From: a virus
Taxonomy: Duplodnaviria > Heunggongvirae > Uroviricota > Caudoviricetes
IMG/VR virus record: IMGVR_UViG_3300031949_000001
Location: 91,305-155,304 of that record
Strand: one strand, 5' to 3'
Length of the DNA: 64,000 nucleotides
Part shown: piece after piece, positions 27,161-36,814 of the stretch
How the letters are laid out: each line of letters opens with the position of its first letter
How positions within the stretch are numbered: position 1 is the stretch's first letter
Notes under the pieces: generated by a model
Told to the model about the DNA's origin: nothing
Database searches by the model: none
The model's input: the letters and a program-made list of their open reading frames with translations, nothing else
Made by a program: the position numbers and the translations under genes

Positions 27161-28101
27161 TTTTCTTCAATTATTTGTTGTAATCTTATTATGCAAGCAG
27201 CGGCGTTAATTTCCGAATCCGCGCAAATTGCGTGCTTATACAAATAGTCTGCGATGGCGACGATACCTTCTTCCCATTTATTTTGATTCTTTCCAAATTT
27301 TGGTGCTTTATCCAAATTCTCATACAAGAATCTATAAACATCTACCCATTCTTCCTGAGCTATCGTTTCGCAAAGATGCTTACGTAAAGCTACCCATTGC
27401 CCTTTTTCGATATGATCTAAGATGGATAGTTTTGCGCCAGCGTCGATATCGATCATCGGCTCGAATAGTCTACCTTCGTGGCTGAATTGTTGCGTTAGAT
27501 TGATGATCTTTCGAACATCAGGATATGCCAAATCGATGTATCTGTCCAGTAGTGTTAGATCGAATTTGACCTTTTCAGCCAACAAAATCCTTGCAACCAT
27601 TTCAGCAATGTCTGTTTTATCGTGTGCTTTGAAGTCATAATGGTTACAGCGTGATTTCAATTCTGGCATTACTTTATGGGAGTAGTTACAAGTCAGAATG
27701 AATCTTGAGACCGCTTTATATTCATCCATGACATTTCGTAGAGCACCTTGAGCACTAAGCGAGAAGAAATCTACTTCATCAAGGAGAATGATTTTAAAAT
27801 CACCAACTGGATATGTGCTAAGTGTATCTACAATTTTACCACGCACAGTATCCACTGAGTTTTCATTGGATGCCGCGATAATCAATAGATCAACGGGGTC
27901 AACATTCAGCGCATTAATAAGGATTTTTGCCAAGCTCGTCTTGCCAGTCCCATGCACCCCAGTGAATAGTAGATGGTTGGGGATGCTGCCAGTTTCAACC
28001 ATCTCCTCGAATTCTGCTTTTTCTTGGGGTGTTTGAAAGATGTAACCATCTAACGTAGGTGGGGCGTACTTGTCTGCCCATGATTCTTGTAGTTTTGACA
28101 T
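27157..28101 (-). CDS. clamp loader ATPase subunit (T4 gp44/RFC-like)
   Basis: WADKYAP, GVHGTGKTS, LLDEVD, FILTCN, SRC motif. Confidence 0.9.
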   Translation of the reverse strand: MSKLQESWADKYAPPTLDGYIFQTPQEKAEFEEMVETGSIPNHLLFTGVHGTGKTSLAKILINALNVDPVDLLIIAASNENSVDTVRGKIVDTLSTYPVGDFKIILLDEVDFFSLSAQGALRNVMDEYKAVSRFILTCNYSHKVMPELKSRCNHYDFKAHDKTDIAEMVARILLAEKVKFDLTLLDRYIDLAYPDVRKIINLTQQFSHEGRLFEPMIDIDAGAKLSILDHIEKGQWVALRKHLCETIAQEEWVDVYRFLYENLDKAPKFGKNQNKWEEGIVAIADYLYKHAICADSEINAAACIIRLQQIIEEK

Positions 28102-28125
28102 ATTACCCTCATTGAATATCTAGGA

Positions 28126-28154
28126 ATGATATCAAGGTTTTCCGTCAAAGTCAA
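28126..28154 (-). promoter_or_regulatory. sigma70-type early promoter with extended -10
   Basis: TTGACT-17-TATCAT with TGn before the -10. Confidence 0.7.
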
Positions 28155-28158
28155 CAGT

Positions 28159-29223
28159 TTATCTGTCTAGTGCTGAGCCTCGGGAGAAAACAAAGTTTTG
28201 TGCTTCGTACTGACGTAGTTGTTCCTCGATTTTGGTTTTCGTAAACTGTTCTACTTTGGTTAGAGATTCTTGAGCATTTAGAGAGGCAAGTTGCTTACGT
28301 AGTTCTGCAATTAATAGTGGATGCGGACGGATACCTTTATCTGGTGGTTCAAGCTTTGGAAGGAATTCTTGAATAGGTTCTTCAACAATCGACTCCGTTT
28401 GTTCAGGAGGAGGCGATTCTATTGCTGGCTCATCCTCTATTATGGGCTCTTCGGAAATGGTTGGTTCAACGAAAGTGTAATTCGGAAATGGTTCTGATAC
28501 CCCTATTGCAGCCGGCTGCACCTTTAGATCTAATTCGCGTTGACGAATCGCGACATTTGTAGCGATTGTTAAGAGAAGAGCCAATGGATCGAAGACACAG
28601 ATAATCATTAACACGAGATAGTTCGTGGCTTTATCTGTATCAATATTGAGTGCTTTAGCAAGGTATATGATTGGACCGACGTGTGTCTCGGTCTTCAAGG
28701 ATTCTGTTTTGAGGGTCAAAATTTTAGCATCAAGATCGTCAATGCGCTTTGTAACTTCTTGTTGTTCCGCTTGGAACTGTTTTATTAGTTTAACCCGACC
28801 TCTGACGAAATCATGTGGAAGTTGAGCGATCTGTTTATCTATTTCTATCTTACGATCAATTTTTCGTACCTTCTCGCCTTCAAGAGTTTTGATTTGTTCG
28901 GAAATTTGTTTTAAAGGAAGAATATCGGCTTGATATCCGGACGACAAATAACCATAGTGTCCAGCGGCTGTAATAGCCATTACAAGGAGGGTTATACCAA
29001 CTAGTGGTGGAAACATACCCCGTTTGAGCACAGCACTAACTTGGCTCCAATATCGATACATGAAAGAAATACCGATCAGCTTACCATATTCAATGACGAT
29101 GCCCATTGCTATAACACCCCAAAATACGGCTGGGAATGTATGAGCGAGACCCCAAATACTGAAATATGCGGAAACGGAAGCCAACGATAAGGCTCCCAAC
29201 CCCAAGAGTAGGATGAAAAACAT
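28159..29223 (-). CDS. membrane protein with coiled coil
   Basis: Three N-terminal TM segments, coiled coil, VGPIIYLA, VFDPLALLL fourth TM. Confidence 0.75.
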   Translation of the reverse strand: MFFILLLGLGALSLASVSAYFSIWGLAHTFPAVFWGVIAMGIVIEYGKLIGISFMYRYWSQVSAVLKRGMFPPLVGITLLVMAITAAGHYGYLSSGYQADILPLKQISEQIKTLEGEKVRKIDRKIEIDKQIAQLPHDFVRGRVKLIKQFQAEQQEVTKRIDDLDAKILTLKTESLKTETHVGPIIYLAKALNIDTDKATNYLVLMIICVFDPLALLLTIATNVAIRQRELDLKVQPAAIGVSEPFPNYTFVEPTISEEPIIEDEPAIESPPPEQTESIVEEPIQEFLPKLEPPDKGIRPHPLLIAELRKQLASLNAQESLTKVEQFTKTKIEEQLRQYEAQNFVFSRGSALDR

Positions 29224-29237
29224 TCATTTCTCCTTGA

Positions 29238-29543
29238 TTAAGCTGGGATAGAATCTGTGTCTATTGCAACAACGCATTCTTCGACGGTTCTCCAAACCTT
29301 GATACCGTCGTGTTCCATGCCAACTGTCCATTTCATTGGCTCAATAAGGATGTTCATTTTTGGCTTGATGGTCTCACTGACCTTCTTTCCAACAGCAACG
29401 ACCTTTGCCCAACGACATTGAGTCGCGTTGTTTTCAACACTTTTGGGAATGTATAAACCCATTGCGGATTTATCGTAAAACCACCCCCCGGCTACTTCGT
29501 CAAAGAACACAAATAGGATACTTTTTCCGACTGGTTTAAGCAT
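29238..29543 (-). CDS. GroES-like co-chaperonin
   Basis: LKPVGKSIL, GLYIP, AKVVAVG; 101 aa. Confidence 0.7.
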   Translation of the reverse strand: MLKPVGKSILFVFFDEVAGGWFYDKSAMGLYIPKSVENNATQCRWAKVVAVGKKVSETIKPKMNILIEPMKWTVGMEHDGIKVWRTVEECVVAIDTDSIPA

Positions 29544-29820
29544 TTTTTACTGCCTCTTTCTTTATTATTTTTCTGACAGGTTCTTGTGAGATTACTGGTT
29601 CAATTGATTCGGTTGTGGATGCTGTTAATGCCATCGCTGCAACCAAAGCTTTCTTGCTTTCAGCAGCAGCAATTCTTGCACTCATAAAGTTTTCGTTATG
29701 AACCAAAACTGTCGAGATTTTCCTTCTTGGATTTTGAGCAGCTTGTTCGGCTTCGTACATCATTTTCAATTTGTCGAAGTCAACCATCTCCCCTCTTGCT
29801 GAGCGAACTATTCTAGACAT
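29536..29820 (-). CDS. hypothetical late protein
   Basis: Start reassigned to the ATG at 29820 (MSRIVRSARGEMVDF) on the basis of GGAGG SD and GATAAATA at 29850-29857. Confidence 0.65.
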   Translation of the reverse strand: MSRIVRSARGEMVDFDKLKMMYEAEQAAQNPRRKISTVLVHNENFMSARIAAAESKKALVAAMALTASTTESIEPVISQEPVRKIIKKEAVKNA

Positions 29821-30400
29821 TTTCATCCTCCGTTGGGTAGGTCTGTTTATATTTATCCGGTTTAAGAAAGTCTTCAATGTCCAGATCAAATTTCACACTA
29901 TCGATATCATGGACTTCCAGGACATAGAGAACATAGGATGACACACTACTACCGCGCCCCACTCCCCAAACAATATTGTTTTCCTTGAAAGTATCTATAA
30001 TGTAAACCATCAACAATAATACGTCAATTAAATCATAATCAATAAAAAGTGTTAATTCTTCTTCTATTCGACTCAGGCGAGTTGGAAGTTCGTCTGTTTG
30101 TAGTTTTTCTTTTTTCGCCAAGGCATAAAATTTTTGAAGAACATATTCAACGACATTCATTTCTTTATACTTTTCTGGTATGTTCCACCTGAAATCATGA
30201 ACAACAATATGATTTTCTTCTACTTTGATGCGATCTTGCTTTCGTACTAAACGGTTAAATTTATCAATTTCTGGTGTAATTCTGTCAACTAATATGCCTC
30301 GGACTGACAAGCCGAGTTCAAGTCTTTTCATCAGGTTTTCTGGTGCGACTGTTATTGAACCATCGTACCAAAGTTTCCTTCCATTTAACTGCGTAAACAT
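29813..30400 (-). CDS. DNA polymerase III alpha (DnaE)-like protein, N-terminal palm half
   Basis: RIEEEL...WGVGRGSSVSSYVLYVLEVHDIDSVKFDLDIEDFL matches DnaE GPGRGSxxGSLVAYxLxITxxDPxxxDLLFERFL. Confidence 0.8.
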   Translation of the reverse strand: MFTQLNGRKLWYDGSITVAPENLMKRLELGLSVRGILVDRITPEIDKFNRLVRKQDRIKVEENHIVVHDFRWNIPEKYKEMNVVEYVLQKFYALAKKEKLQTDELPTRLSRIEEELTLFIDYDLIDVLLLMVYIIDTFKENNIVWGVGRGSSVSSYVLYVLEVHDIDSVKFDLDIEDFLKPDKYKQTYPTEDENV

Positions 30401-30909
30401 TAAAGAAATTCAGATTTGTAGCTTCCGCCCGACGTATCAACGTCGCGAGTTTTAATTGCTTCAATTTTAACCGCGTTGCTGGGATCTAGGTTACCAATCC
30501 TTGCTCCTGGTGGTAGAGTCAACGGCGCAGTGGCTGCACTTGCGCCAGTTAATGATGAACCGCCTTGTGGAATCATTGGTGGACCGCCTTGTGGTAATAC
30601 TGGTTGTCCTGGATTTGGTGGACCTTGGGGTGGAATGTTCGCCTGGGTGTTGTTAGGTCTCCAGTCAAAGTTCTCTTGTTGTTGTGGCGGCACAAAGTTT
30701 TGCCATCTAATTTTACCTAGTGCTCTTTCTACGAGCATCGTAATTTGCCGTTCAACCGGAAGGTCGAAACCTTCTATAGAGAATAACTTGGTTTTTATCT
30801 TAAGCCATTGCTTAGGATCAGGAGACCAATCATCGCCTTGGAGATCAGTAATACCTTCCAGCCAAGCTTTGAATTCTGATATGGTTATTTTATTTGTATT
30901 TTCAGCCAT
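30400..30909 (-). CDS. hypothetical protein
   Basis: 169 aa; EFKAWLEG...WSPDPKQW; Pro/Gln-rich middle. Confidence 0.7.
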   Translation of the reverse strand: MAENTNKITISEFKAWLEGITDLQGDDWSPDPKQWLKIKTKLFSIEGFDLPVERQITMLVERALGKIRWQNFVPPQQQENFDWRPNNTQANIPPQGPPNPGQPVLPQGGPPMIPQGGSSLTGASAATAPLTLPPGARIGNLDPSNAVKIEAIKTRDVDTSGGSYKSEFL

Positions 30910-31051
30910 TTTGCTTATCCTTTTTTAAAGCCTCTTCTGTCTGCTTCTTTACTTGTTCTGCTATATCAAGTGTTTGTTTGTGCTTACGCAGCGTCAAAAA
31001 ATTAGCATCACCAGGGATTATAATTTTTGGTTTGCGTGGATCGTCGGTCAT
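30902..31051 (-). CDS. small basic protein (49 aa, not in ORF track)
   Basis: MTDDPRKPKIIIPG...; ATGA overlap with the upstream gene; fills the gap. Confidence 0.5.
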   Translation of the reverse strand: MTDDPRKPKIIIPGDANFLTLRKHKQTLDIAEQVKKQTEEALKKDKQNG

Positions 31052-31533
31052 ATGATGTCTCCTACAATTTTTTCTTTTAGATATTTATTATAGACATCAG
31101 TAGGTGATACATTCACCCACGCCTCTTGAGAAATCGGATGACAGAGCATTTGGTGTTTGTTTAACAAAGGTCCGACGTTCTTGTAACGACTATCATAATC
31201 AATAACAATAATCGTTCCTGGTACAGCTTTTTGGATGTTCGGACCCGCCACCAAAGCACAAAATTCTTTACCCGGCAAATCCTCTACACAAACAGAGTCT
31301 AATTGCATTGTTTCAGTATCGAATACGAGCATGTACCATGTCGTTGGAAGCATGAATTGAAAACCATGAATCTGGATCATCATAGAAGGAGCCGTGATTT
31401 CTTCGAGAATAGTAATGGAGTTTAACGTGAAATCCATCATATTCAAATCAAGAATCCACATGTGCTGTGTTACAAGCGGCGTGTAGATAGAATCTAGAAT
31501 GATAGGTCTGGAATTATCATCGAAAATAAGCAT
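31048..31533 (-). CDS. hypothetical protein
   Basis: 161-aa ORF directly downstream of uvsW. Confidence 0.7.
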   Translation of the reverse strand: MLIFDDNSRPIILDSIYTPLVTQHMWILDLNMMDFTLNSITILEEITAPSMMIQIHGFQFMLPTTWYMLVFDTETMQLDSVCVEDLPGKEFCALVAGPNIQKAVPGTIIVIDYDSRYKNVGPLLNKHQMLCHPISQEAWVNVSPTDVYNKYLKEKIVGDII

Positions 31534-31546
31534 TTTATTTTTCTTA

Positions 31547-33004
31547 TTAGTATTGTACCGAGTACTTTTTACAAGGATATTGAGCTTCCTTATAGTACTT
31601 CAGTCTTTTTCGAAGGTGTTTCTTAGAATACTCTAGATTTCCGCAGATGTCAATAACATCTACGAAATCTTTATCACACCCCTTTCTCAAACCTCTACCA
31701 ATAGACTGAATTGTACGGATAAATGATTTGCCACCATCAATGTAAATCAAGTTGAAAATACGATCAATGTCAATACCAACACCAGCAACCTGAACCGTAG
31801 CAATAACCAAGAGGTTGTCTTCTGTCTCGAACAGTCTATAGACCTCCTCTCTTTCTTCGGTTTCGTTTTTACCGTAGACAAAAATTGAGCCAGGAATCCG
31901 TTTCGACAACTTTTTTCCGATGGCAATGTTGTTAACTAAACACAGAACGTTGCCTTTCTTATTCTCCGCTTTTTCTTTCAAGAATTCAGTAATCCAATTT
32001 ACCCGCCGTTCAAGCTTATTGAGATAATCCATTTCCTGGGAGTATTCTGTTTTGAGTCCTTCCACAATCAAAGGTTCAATAATCGAAGCATCATCAAGCT
32101 GCATAACACTGATGTTGAGTTTCGCTAACCAACCTTGTTCAATTAATTCGTGTGCCGGAACGACATATAGAACTTGTCCAAGTGTCAGAGAAATAGCCAT
32201 TCGATCTGCTTTACCAGTCGGTAGCGTGGCTGTTAGTCCAAAACGATATACGACATTATTTCCGTGGTTCGTGAGTAAGTCTTTCAGAACGTTTGCTTTA
32301 GCGCCATGGCATTCATCAACCACCAAAACTTGGAAATCTTTGAGAATATGGGGAGCATTTTGTAATGCTTGCCAAGTTGATATGACGTGTGTGTGGGTTA
32401 AGTCTTTAACCTTACCACTATATTCACCAACATCTAATTTGAACAAATCAAAGTCTCGTTTGGTGCGTAAGATCAAAGAGCCACTTGGAACGATAGTTAT
32501 TGTACGCAATCCTTGCTTAGCGTATGCATCGCATAAGCAAGCGCAAACTGAAGTTTTGCCCGCGCCCGTACCAGCAATGACGATACCCATACCTTCACTA
32601 ATAAGCGCGTTGATCGCCTCTGTTTGATACGGTCGAAATTCCCATGGTTCATTGGTCTTAGGATTTATGATATATGAGAAATAATCTTTGTCTATGGGTT
32701 CGATTTGGGCTAGTTGACCATTGCGTTTGTCATCAACTTCCAGTTTATATCCTAATGCCTCTATCTTAGGGAGAATTTCATCTAAGAGAAAGTTATACGT
32801 TTTTCCTGTGTCAGAAAAAAAGCGCATCTTTCCATCCCATTTTCCCACTTTGTAGGCTAGGGTGAAGAAGTAATGTTCGGTCTTGATGCCGTATTCTTCC
32901 CAAAAGTATTTCAAATGCTCGGGGTGTAAACCGGCGATTACACAGTTGACCTCGTCCAAAATAACAATTTTAGCTCTTTGGGCAAAGGTTCTTTCTGTCG
33001 TCAT
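31547..33004 (-). CDS. uvsW: UvsW-like SF2 DNA helicase
   Basis: RPYQ, GTGAGKT, DECH, GLTAT, QSIGRGLR; WDGKMRFF. Confidence 0.9.
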   Translation of the reverse strand: MTTERTFAQRAKIVILDEVNCVIAGLHPEHLKYFWEEYGIKTEHYFFTLAYKVGKWDGKMRFFSDTGKTYNFLLDEILPKIEALGYKLEVDDKRNGQLAQIEPIDKDYFSYIINPKTNEPWEFRPYQTEAINALISEGMGIVIAGTGAGKTSVCACLCDAYAKQGLRTITIVPSGSLILRTKRDFDLFKLDVGEYSGKVKDLTHTHVISTWQALQNAPHILKDFQVLVVDECHGAKANVLKDLLTNHGNNVVYRFGLTATLPTGKADRMAISLTLGQVLYVVPAHELIEQGWLAKLNISVMQLDDASIIEPLIVEGLKTEYSQEMDYLNKLERRVNWITEFLKEKAENKKGNVLCLVNNIAIGKKLSKRIPGSIFVYGKNETEEREEVYRLFETEDNLLVIATVQVAGVGIDIDRIFNLIYIDGGKSFIRTIQSIGRGLRKGCDKDFVDVIDICGNLEYSKKHLRKRLKYYKEAQYPCKKYSVQY

Positions 33005-33456
33005 TATGAGTCTAGGTCTTTTATGATAAGCCGAGTTAGGTTATTCAACACATAGCCGCGTGATTTAAAAGCTTCAACACCAGCAGCGTACTTTGCTGTT
33101 AGTTCTTCAACCTCGTTATAAAGTTCCCTCATTGCGAGATATTCTGGATCGTGATTGATGTAGTGCTCTTTGTCTTTCTGTTGGAGCATTCGATTACTGT
33201 CGTCTGTAAGCGCTTTCCACAGACGACCCTTTGTCGAATTCAACATATCTTCAACATAGTTAAGGATAGCTTTTAATTCTACATAACATTCGTTATACAG
33301 ATACAACAACGATGCTTGTTCAATGTTGGCAGCATCTACTGGTTTACCTTTTACATTTAGATCGGCTTTGATTGGTTCGAGCTTCTTAGAGTAGTCTTCT
33401 AGTGCTATTGCGATGTTTTCAAAGTTCTCTTTAATTGCGTCTAATGCTTGACTCAT
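33004..33456 (-). CDS. uvsY: UvsY-like recombination mediator
   Basis: Helical 150 aa ending EAFKSRGYVLNNL; adjacent to uvsW. Confidence 0.65.
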   Translation of the reverse strand: MSQALDAIKENFENIAIALEDYSKKLEPIKADLNVKGKPVDAANIEQASLLYLYNECYVELKAILNYVEDMLNSTKGRLWKALTDDSNRMLQQKDKEHYINHDPEYLAMRELYNEVEELTAKYAAGVEAFKSRGYVLNNLTRLIIKDLDS

Positions 33457-34004
33457 TAATGTAGCGTCCTTTTGTTTTTATCGATATGTCGCAGAACGTC
33501 AGCACCAGTCCATTCGTCATCGTCACCGCCAGTTAGATTGTTGCTAGGAATCATAATAACCGACCCTTCCTCTTCTTCAATCATCTGTTTGACACGATTG
33601 GTGAATTTTTTTCGTGCAGTTTCTTCTGCTGCTTCTTGTTCTTTTTTGGCTTCTCTTTGTGCGTTTACCAAGAATCCAACAATTTCTTCTTTATTTCCTT
33701 TGGTAATGACTTCTAATGGGATGTCAACACTAGATATACGAACCTCCTCGGTCATGTTGATTTGAAAGTTGAAAATGATAGTACTCTCTTCTTCGCTAAA
33801 TGTTAACCCTGTCCACTTAATATCATCAGCGTTTTGATCCATAAATTCGCTGATCCCATGAAACACATGCTGTATTTCGCCTGCGATTTCATTTGTTTTA
33901 TCGTGGTGTGTTTTATCCCTCTGAATGAAGAGTTCTCGTAAGTCTTTCATGGTAGTTCCTCCATTCCACGTTACTACTATATTTAGGGACGTTCCTTCCC
34001 CCAC
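33456..34004 (-). CDS. hypothetical protein
   Basis: 182-aa ORF coupled to its neighbours. Confidence 0.65.
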   Translation of the reverse strand: MGEGTSLNIVVTWNGGTTMKDLRELFIQRDKTHHDKTNEIAGEIQHVFHGISEFMDQNADDIKWTGLTFSEEESTIIFNFQINMTEEVRISSVDIPLEVITKGNKEEIVGFLVNAQREAKKEQEAAEETARKKFTNRVKQMIEEEEGSVIMIPSNNLTGGDDDEWTGADVLRHIDKNKRTLH

Positions 34005-35059
34005 TCCATGTCTTGAAGTTGCATGAGTAGTTTGGCAGCAAACTTCGGGTCTACGGCACGAGGTAATGATGTAGTTTCGTAGAGTGCCTTAACTTCTGCA
34101 TCAAGTTGTTCGGCATATTGAACAATTTCTTCATAAGTAAATTTACCGTGACGAATGTCAAGCAACTCTTGCGCATCTGGTCTTTTAACCAAAACGATCT
34201 CGTCAGTAAGTGCTTCTTTACCCATTTTTAATAACCGGATCAAGTGCATAGCATGCTTGCAATCGAAACCGAATTGTTCTTCAAGTGCAGATCTAACTTC
34301 ATTGCGATTTTTCTTCCAAGTCCAATAATTTTTCCAGTTCTCGTGGGCAGATTGGAATTGATCTATGTTTAACTTAATAAGTAAGTCTGGCTTATCAAAA
34401 CCACCAGCGTTTGCAGACCAAAATTCATTGGTTCGTGATAGAGGGACTCCATTACGATCACACCAGTTATATTCAACATCTATGGTGTATAAAATGTTTG
34501 AACAATACAAAGCGAACATATTACTGCCTAAATCACGAGCAATGAATCCATTCGTGGGAACAGTTTTATTCCATTTTTTATTCCCAGTCATATTAAAAAC
34601 AACAGACATGAAATCCTTCTGTTGCGGTGCTTCAATACTTTGGGGATTGTTTATCCATTTATTATGTCCCTTGATTCTTAAAAGTTGAGAGTGTGCATAT
34701 CCTGAAAATGTATGAGCAAGTTTTGAAGATAAAAGATTGTATCTGTTGGCACGCAAATATTCATAAGTCGGGCTAGTGAAAAGAATATCTTCCGCTTCGC
34801 ACCAAATTATTTCTAGAATATTTGGGTTCTGATCGACAAGAAGCTTCATGAAGTTTGTCAATTCGTAGAACTTCGTGTCCTCTTTTGTTTTATCCTCAAC
34901 CTCTCGGACAATAAAGAAAGGCGTTCTGATGCAAATTTCTGGTGCAACAAAGATTCCCCGAGTATCACGATCACTAGTCGGGAGAGAGGTTCCGTAAGCC
35001 TGTGAGCCTGTCAAAACTTCACAGATCAAACCATCTTTTATCATTTGCTGCTTATCCAT
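33983..35059 (-). CDS. Pol-beta-superfamily nucleotidyltransferase
   Basis: GSQAYGT...SDRDTRG, NPNILE, KHAMHLIRL. Confidence 0.85.
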   Translation of the reverse strand: MDKQQMIKDGLICEVLTGSQAYGTSLPTSDRDTRGIFVAPEICIRTPFFIVREVEDKTKEDTKFYELTNFMKLLVDQNPNILEIIWCEAEDILFTSPTYEYLRANRYNLLSSKLAHTFSGYAHSQLLRIKGHNKWINNPQSIEAPQQKDFMSVVFNMTGNKKWNKTVPTNGFIARDLGSNMFALYCSNILYTIDVEYNWCDRNGVPLSRTNEFWSANAGGFDKPDLLIKLNIDQFQSAHENWKNYWTWKKNRNEVRSALEEQFGFDCKHAMHLIRLLKMGKEALTDEIVLVKRPDAQELLDIRHGKFTYEEIVQYAEQLDAEVKALYETTSLPRAVDPKFAAKLLMQLQDMEWGKERP

Positions 35060-35075
35060 TATATGCTTTCCTTTA

Positions 35076-35234
35076 TCACTTGAAGAACCAAAAACAAGGC
35101 GTCATACATTTTACATTTCCTGATTTGCTTCTAATTCTCATGGTACGCCAGCCGATTACTTTGTCAACGTATTCATCTTCATGAATCCAGCGCTTCCAGA
35201 TTTTGCCCCACAGCCAACACGAGAAGCGTTTCAT
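35076..35234 (-). CDS. small Trp/Cys-rich protein (52 aa, not in ORF track)
   Basis: MKRFSCWLWGKIWKRWIHEDEY...; ATGA overlap with the PRTase stop. Confidence 0.5.
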   Translation of the reverse strand: MKRFSCWLWGKIWKRWIHEDEYVDKVIGWRTMRIRSKSGNVKCMTPCFWFFK

Positions 35235-35629
35235 TCGCTTTCCAGTGTATCCTGTGTGTTAAAAAAGGTCATTTCAAAAATCGGTCGCACCCAACTTGGG
35301 CAACGATTCCGAGCAAAAATAACAATTCCTATGGCTGTCGGATCGCCAATTTTGGCTTTGGCTTCTTCCATAGAGCCACCCGTCGTAAGAATATCGTCTA
35401 CAATTAGTGTCGGACCTTCGGTTGATACATACTTTTGTAGAGCAATTGCCAGTCTAATTCCGCCTCGTGGGACGCCAACCACCCGCTTGAATTTGCCTTT
35501 GTCGGCAATTATCCAAGCCAGTGTTTCGATATCTTCATCGGTGAGGGCATCGGCTTCTATCTTATAGTGAGCCGTGCCGCCACCGTGCATTACAAAATCC
35601 TTTCGGACGAACAACGTATCTCTTTCCAT
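35231..35629 (-). CDS. type I phosphoribosyltransferase (OPRTase-like, short)
   Basis: GVPRGG and the PRPP-binding loop LIVDDILTTGGS. Confidence 0.8.
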   Translation of the reverse strand: MERDTLFVRKDFVMHGGGTAHYKIEADALTDEDIETLAWIIADKGKFKRVVGVPRGGIRLAIALQKYVSTEGPTLIVDDILTTGGSMEEAKAKIGDPTAIGIVIFARNRCPSWVRPIFEMTFFNTQDTLESE

Positions 35630-35631
35630 AG

Positions 35632-36759
35632 TTACTCCGTTACTGGAGCCTCTATTGTAGCAGCTAGTCGTTTTTCCTTCAAGTCTTTTGTTGATTCGAA
35701 TTGCTCTGGATCGATAACTGCGTTTTCATCCATAGGAACGCGGAGGTACTTCTTCACCGTTAGTTCTTCGGCTGTTTTAAGCAGTTCATCAGCATAATTG
35801 ATGAATTTAGATTCTTGAAACTTAATATCCGTCTCCGGAATACTATACCATCCTTTATTTTTATTAAGAACGCCGAGAGCTACCATCGCCTTGCTTAGAC
35901 CAGAGTAAGGGTCGATACCAGTTTCGTATGGGACTTCGATTTCAACCTTTTGAAACGGTCGGGTAAATCGGGTCTTGGGGGCTGTTGCGACCATACGGAT
36001 GCCGATCACTTCGTCTTCCTTTTCTTTTTCTTCCTTTAGCTTGAACTTCTTGAAGAGAACGATCTGCGACAAAGCGTACTGGATTGCTGAGTTGATAATG
36101 ACCCCATTTTCAGCTAAACCGGCGAGTACATCGGCTTGCTTGGCTTGATAAACGGAACCAGTAACAACGAAAGTTACATTGTAATGTTTGATAGCTTGGA
36201 TGAACTGGCGAAGCATTGCCTTACCAGTTTTTGCACGTAGACCTTGATCGCTACTAATTTCACCTTTTTCGAAATCTTTAAGTTCTGAATCGGTTGAAAG
36301 CATGTCCAAACTATCTAGTGCGATGAATACTTTACGAGCGTCAGGATCAGAACTCTTGTATTCACCTGTATATCCATCCATAAAGCTTGAAAAGACCTTG
36401 ATGACGTTGCTGTATGTACGAACTTCTTTGTACAAATAGCTTCCTGCGTTGAACGGATCGGCGCCAACATTCGACATGTAGTCGTTATCCAAAGCATGTT
36501 CCGAGTCAATGACAAGGCAGAATGCTCCCTGCTTTTGTGCTTCCTTGACCATATTGCCAATCATATAGCTCTTACCAGTGCCCGAACCACCGACAAAGCC
36601 TGTGGCTCTGCCTTGTGGTAGACCTTTGTAGAAGCTACCGGAAATAATTTTATTTAATGCGTAATTACCTGTGGAAAACCAATAGCGTGGAGGTTCGGCA
36701 GACGAGCTAATGCCTTCCTCACCCGCAATGGCTTTCTCAAATTCTTTAAGAAACTTCAA
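35632..36759 (-). CDS. uvsX: UvsX/RecA-like recombinase
   Basis: STGNYALN, GGSGTGKS, IDSEHALD, LDSL, GIDPYSGL; TTG start. Confidence 0.9.
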   Translation of the reverse strand: MKFLKEFEKAIAGEEGISSSAEPPRYWFSTGNYALNKIISGSFYKGLPQGRATGFVGGSGTGKSYMIGNMVKEAQKQGAFCLVIDSEHALDNDYMSNVGADPFNAGSYLYKEVRTYSNVIKVFSSFMDGYTGEYKSSDPDARKVFIALDSLDMLSTDSELKDFEKGEISSDQGLRAKTGKAMLRQFIQAIKHYNVTFVVTGSVYQAKQADVLAGLAENGVIINSAIQYALSQIVLFKKFKLKEEKEKEDEVIGIRMVATAPKTRFTRPFQKVEIEVPYETGIDPYSGLSKAMVALGVLNKNKGWYSIPETDIKFQESKFINYADELLKTAEELTVKKYLRVPMDENAVIDPEQFESTKDLKEKRLAATIEAPVTE

Positions 36760-36785
36760 GATTGCACCATTTTAAGTTAGAGAAT

Positions 36786-36807
36786 GAGAGCACCTTCCGG
36801 TGCTCTC
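36786..36807 (-). terminator. GNRA-loop hairpin between ssb and uvsX
   Basis: GAGAGCACC-GGAA-GGTGCTCTC; weak U tract. Confidence 0.6.
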
Positions 36808-36814
36808 GTAGCAA

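Noticed and set aside
1912-30400. Split-intein trans-splicing of the DnaE halves
   Set aside because: Neither half has intein sequence at the junction. The N-half ends about 14 aa after the FERFL-equivalent motif and the C-half starts directly with MDIDLD.
35181-35567. 128-aa + strand ORF
   Set aside because: It is antisense to the PRTase gene, which carries a clear PRPP-binding motif.
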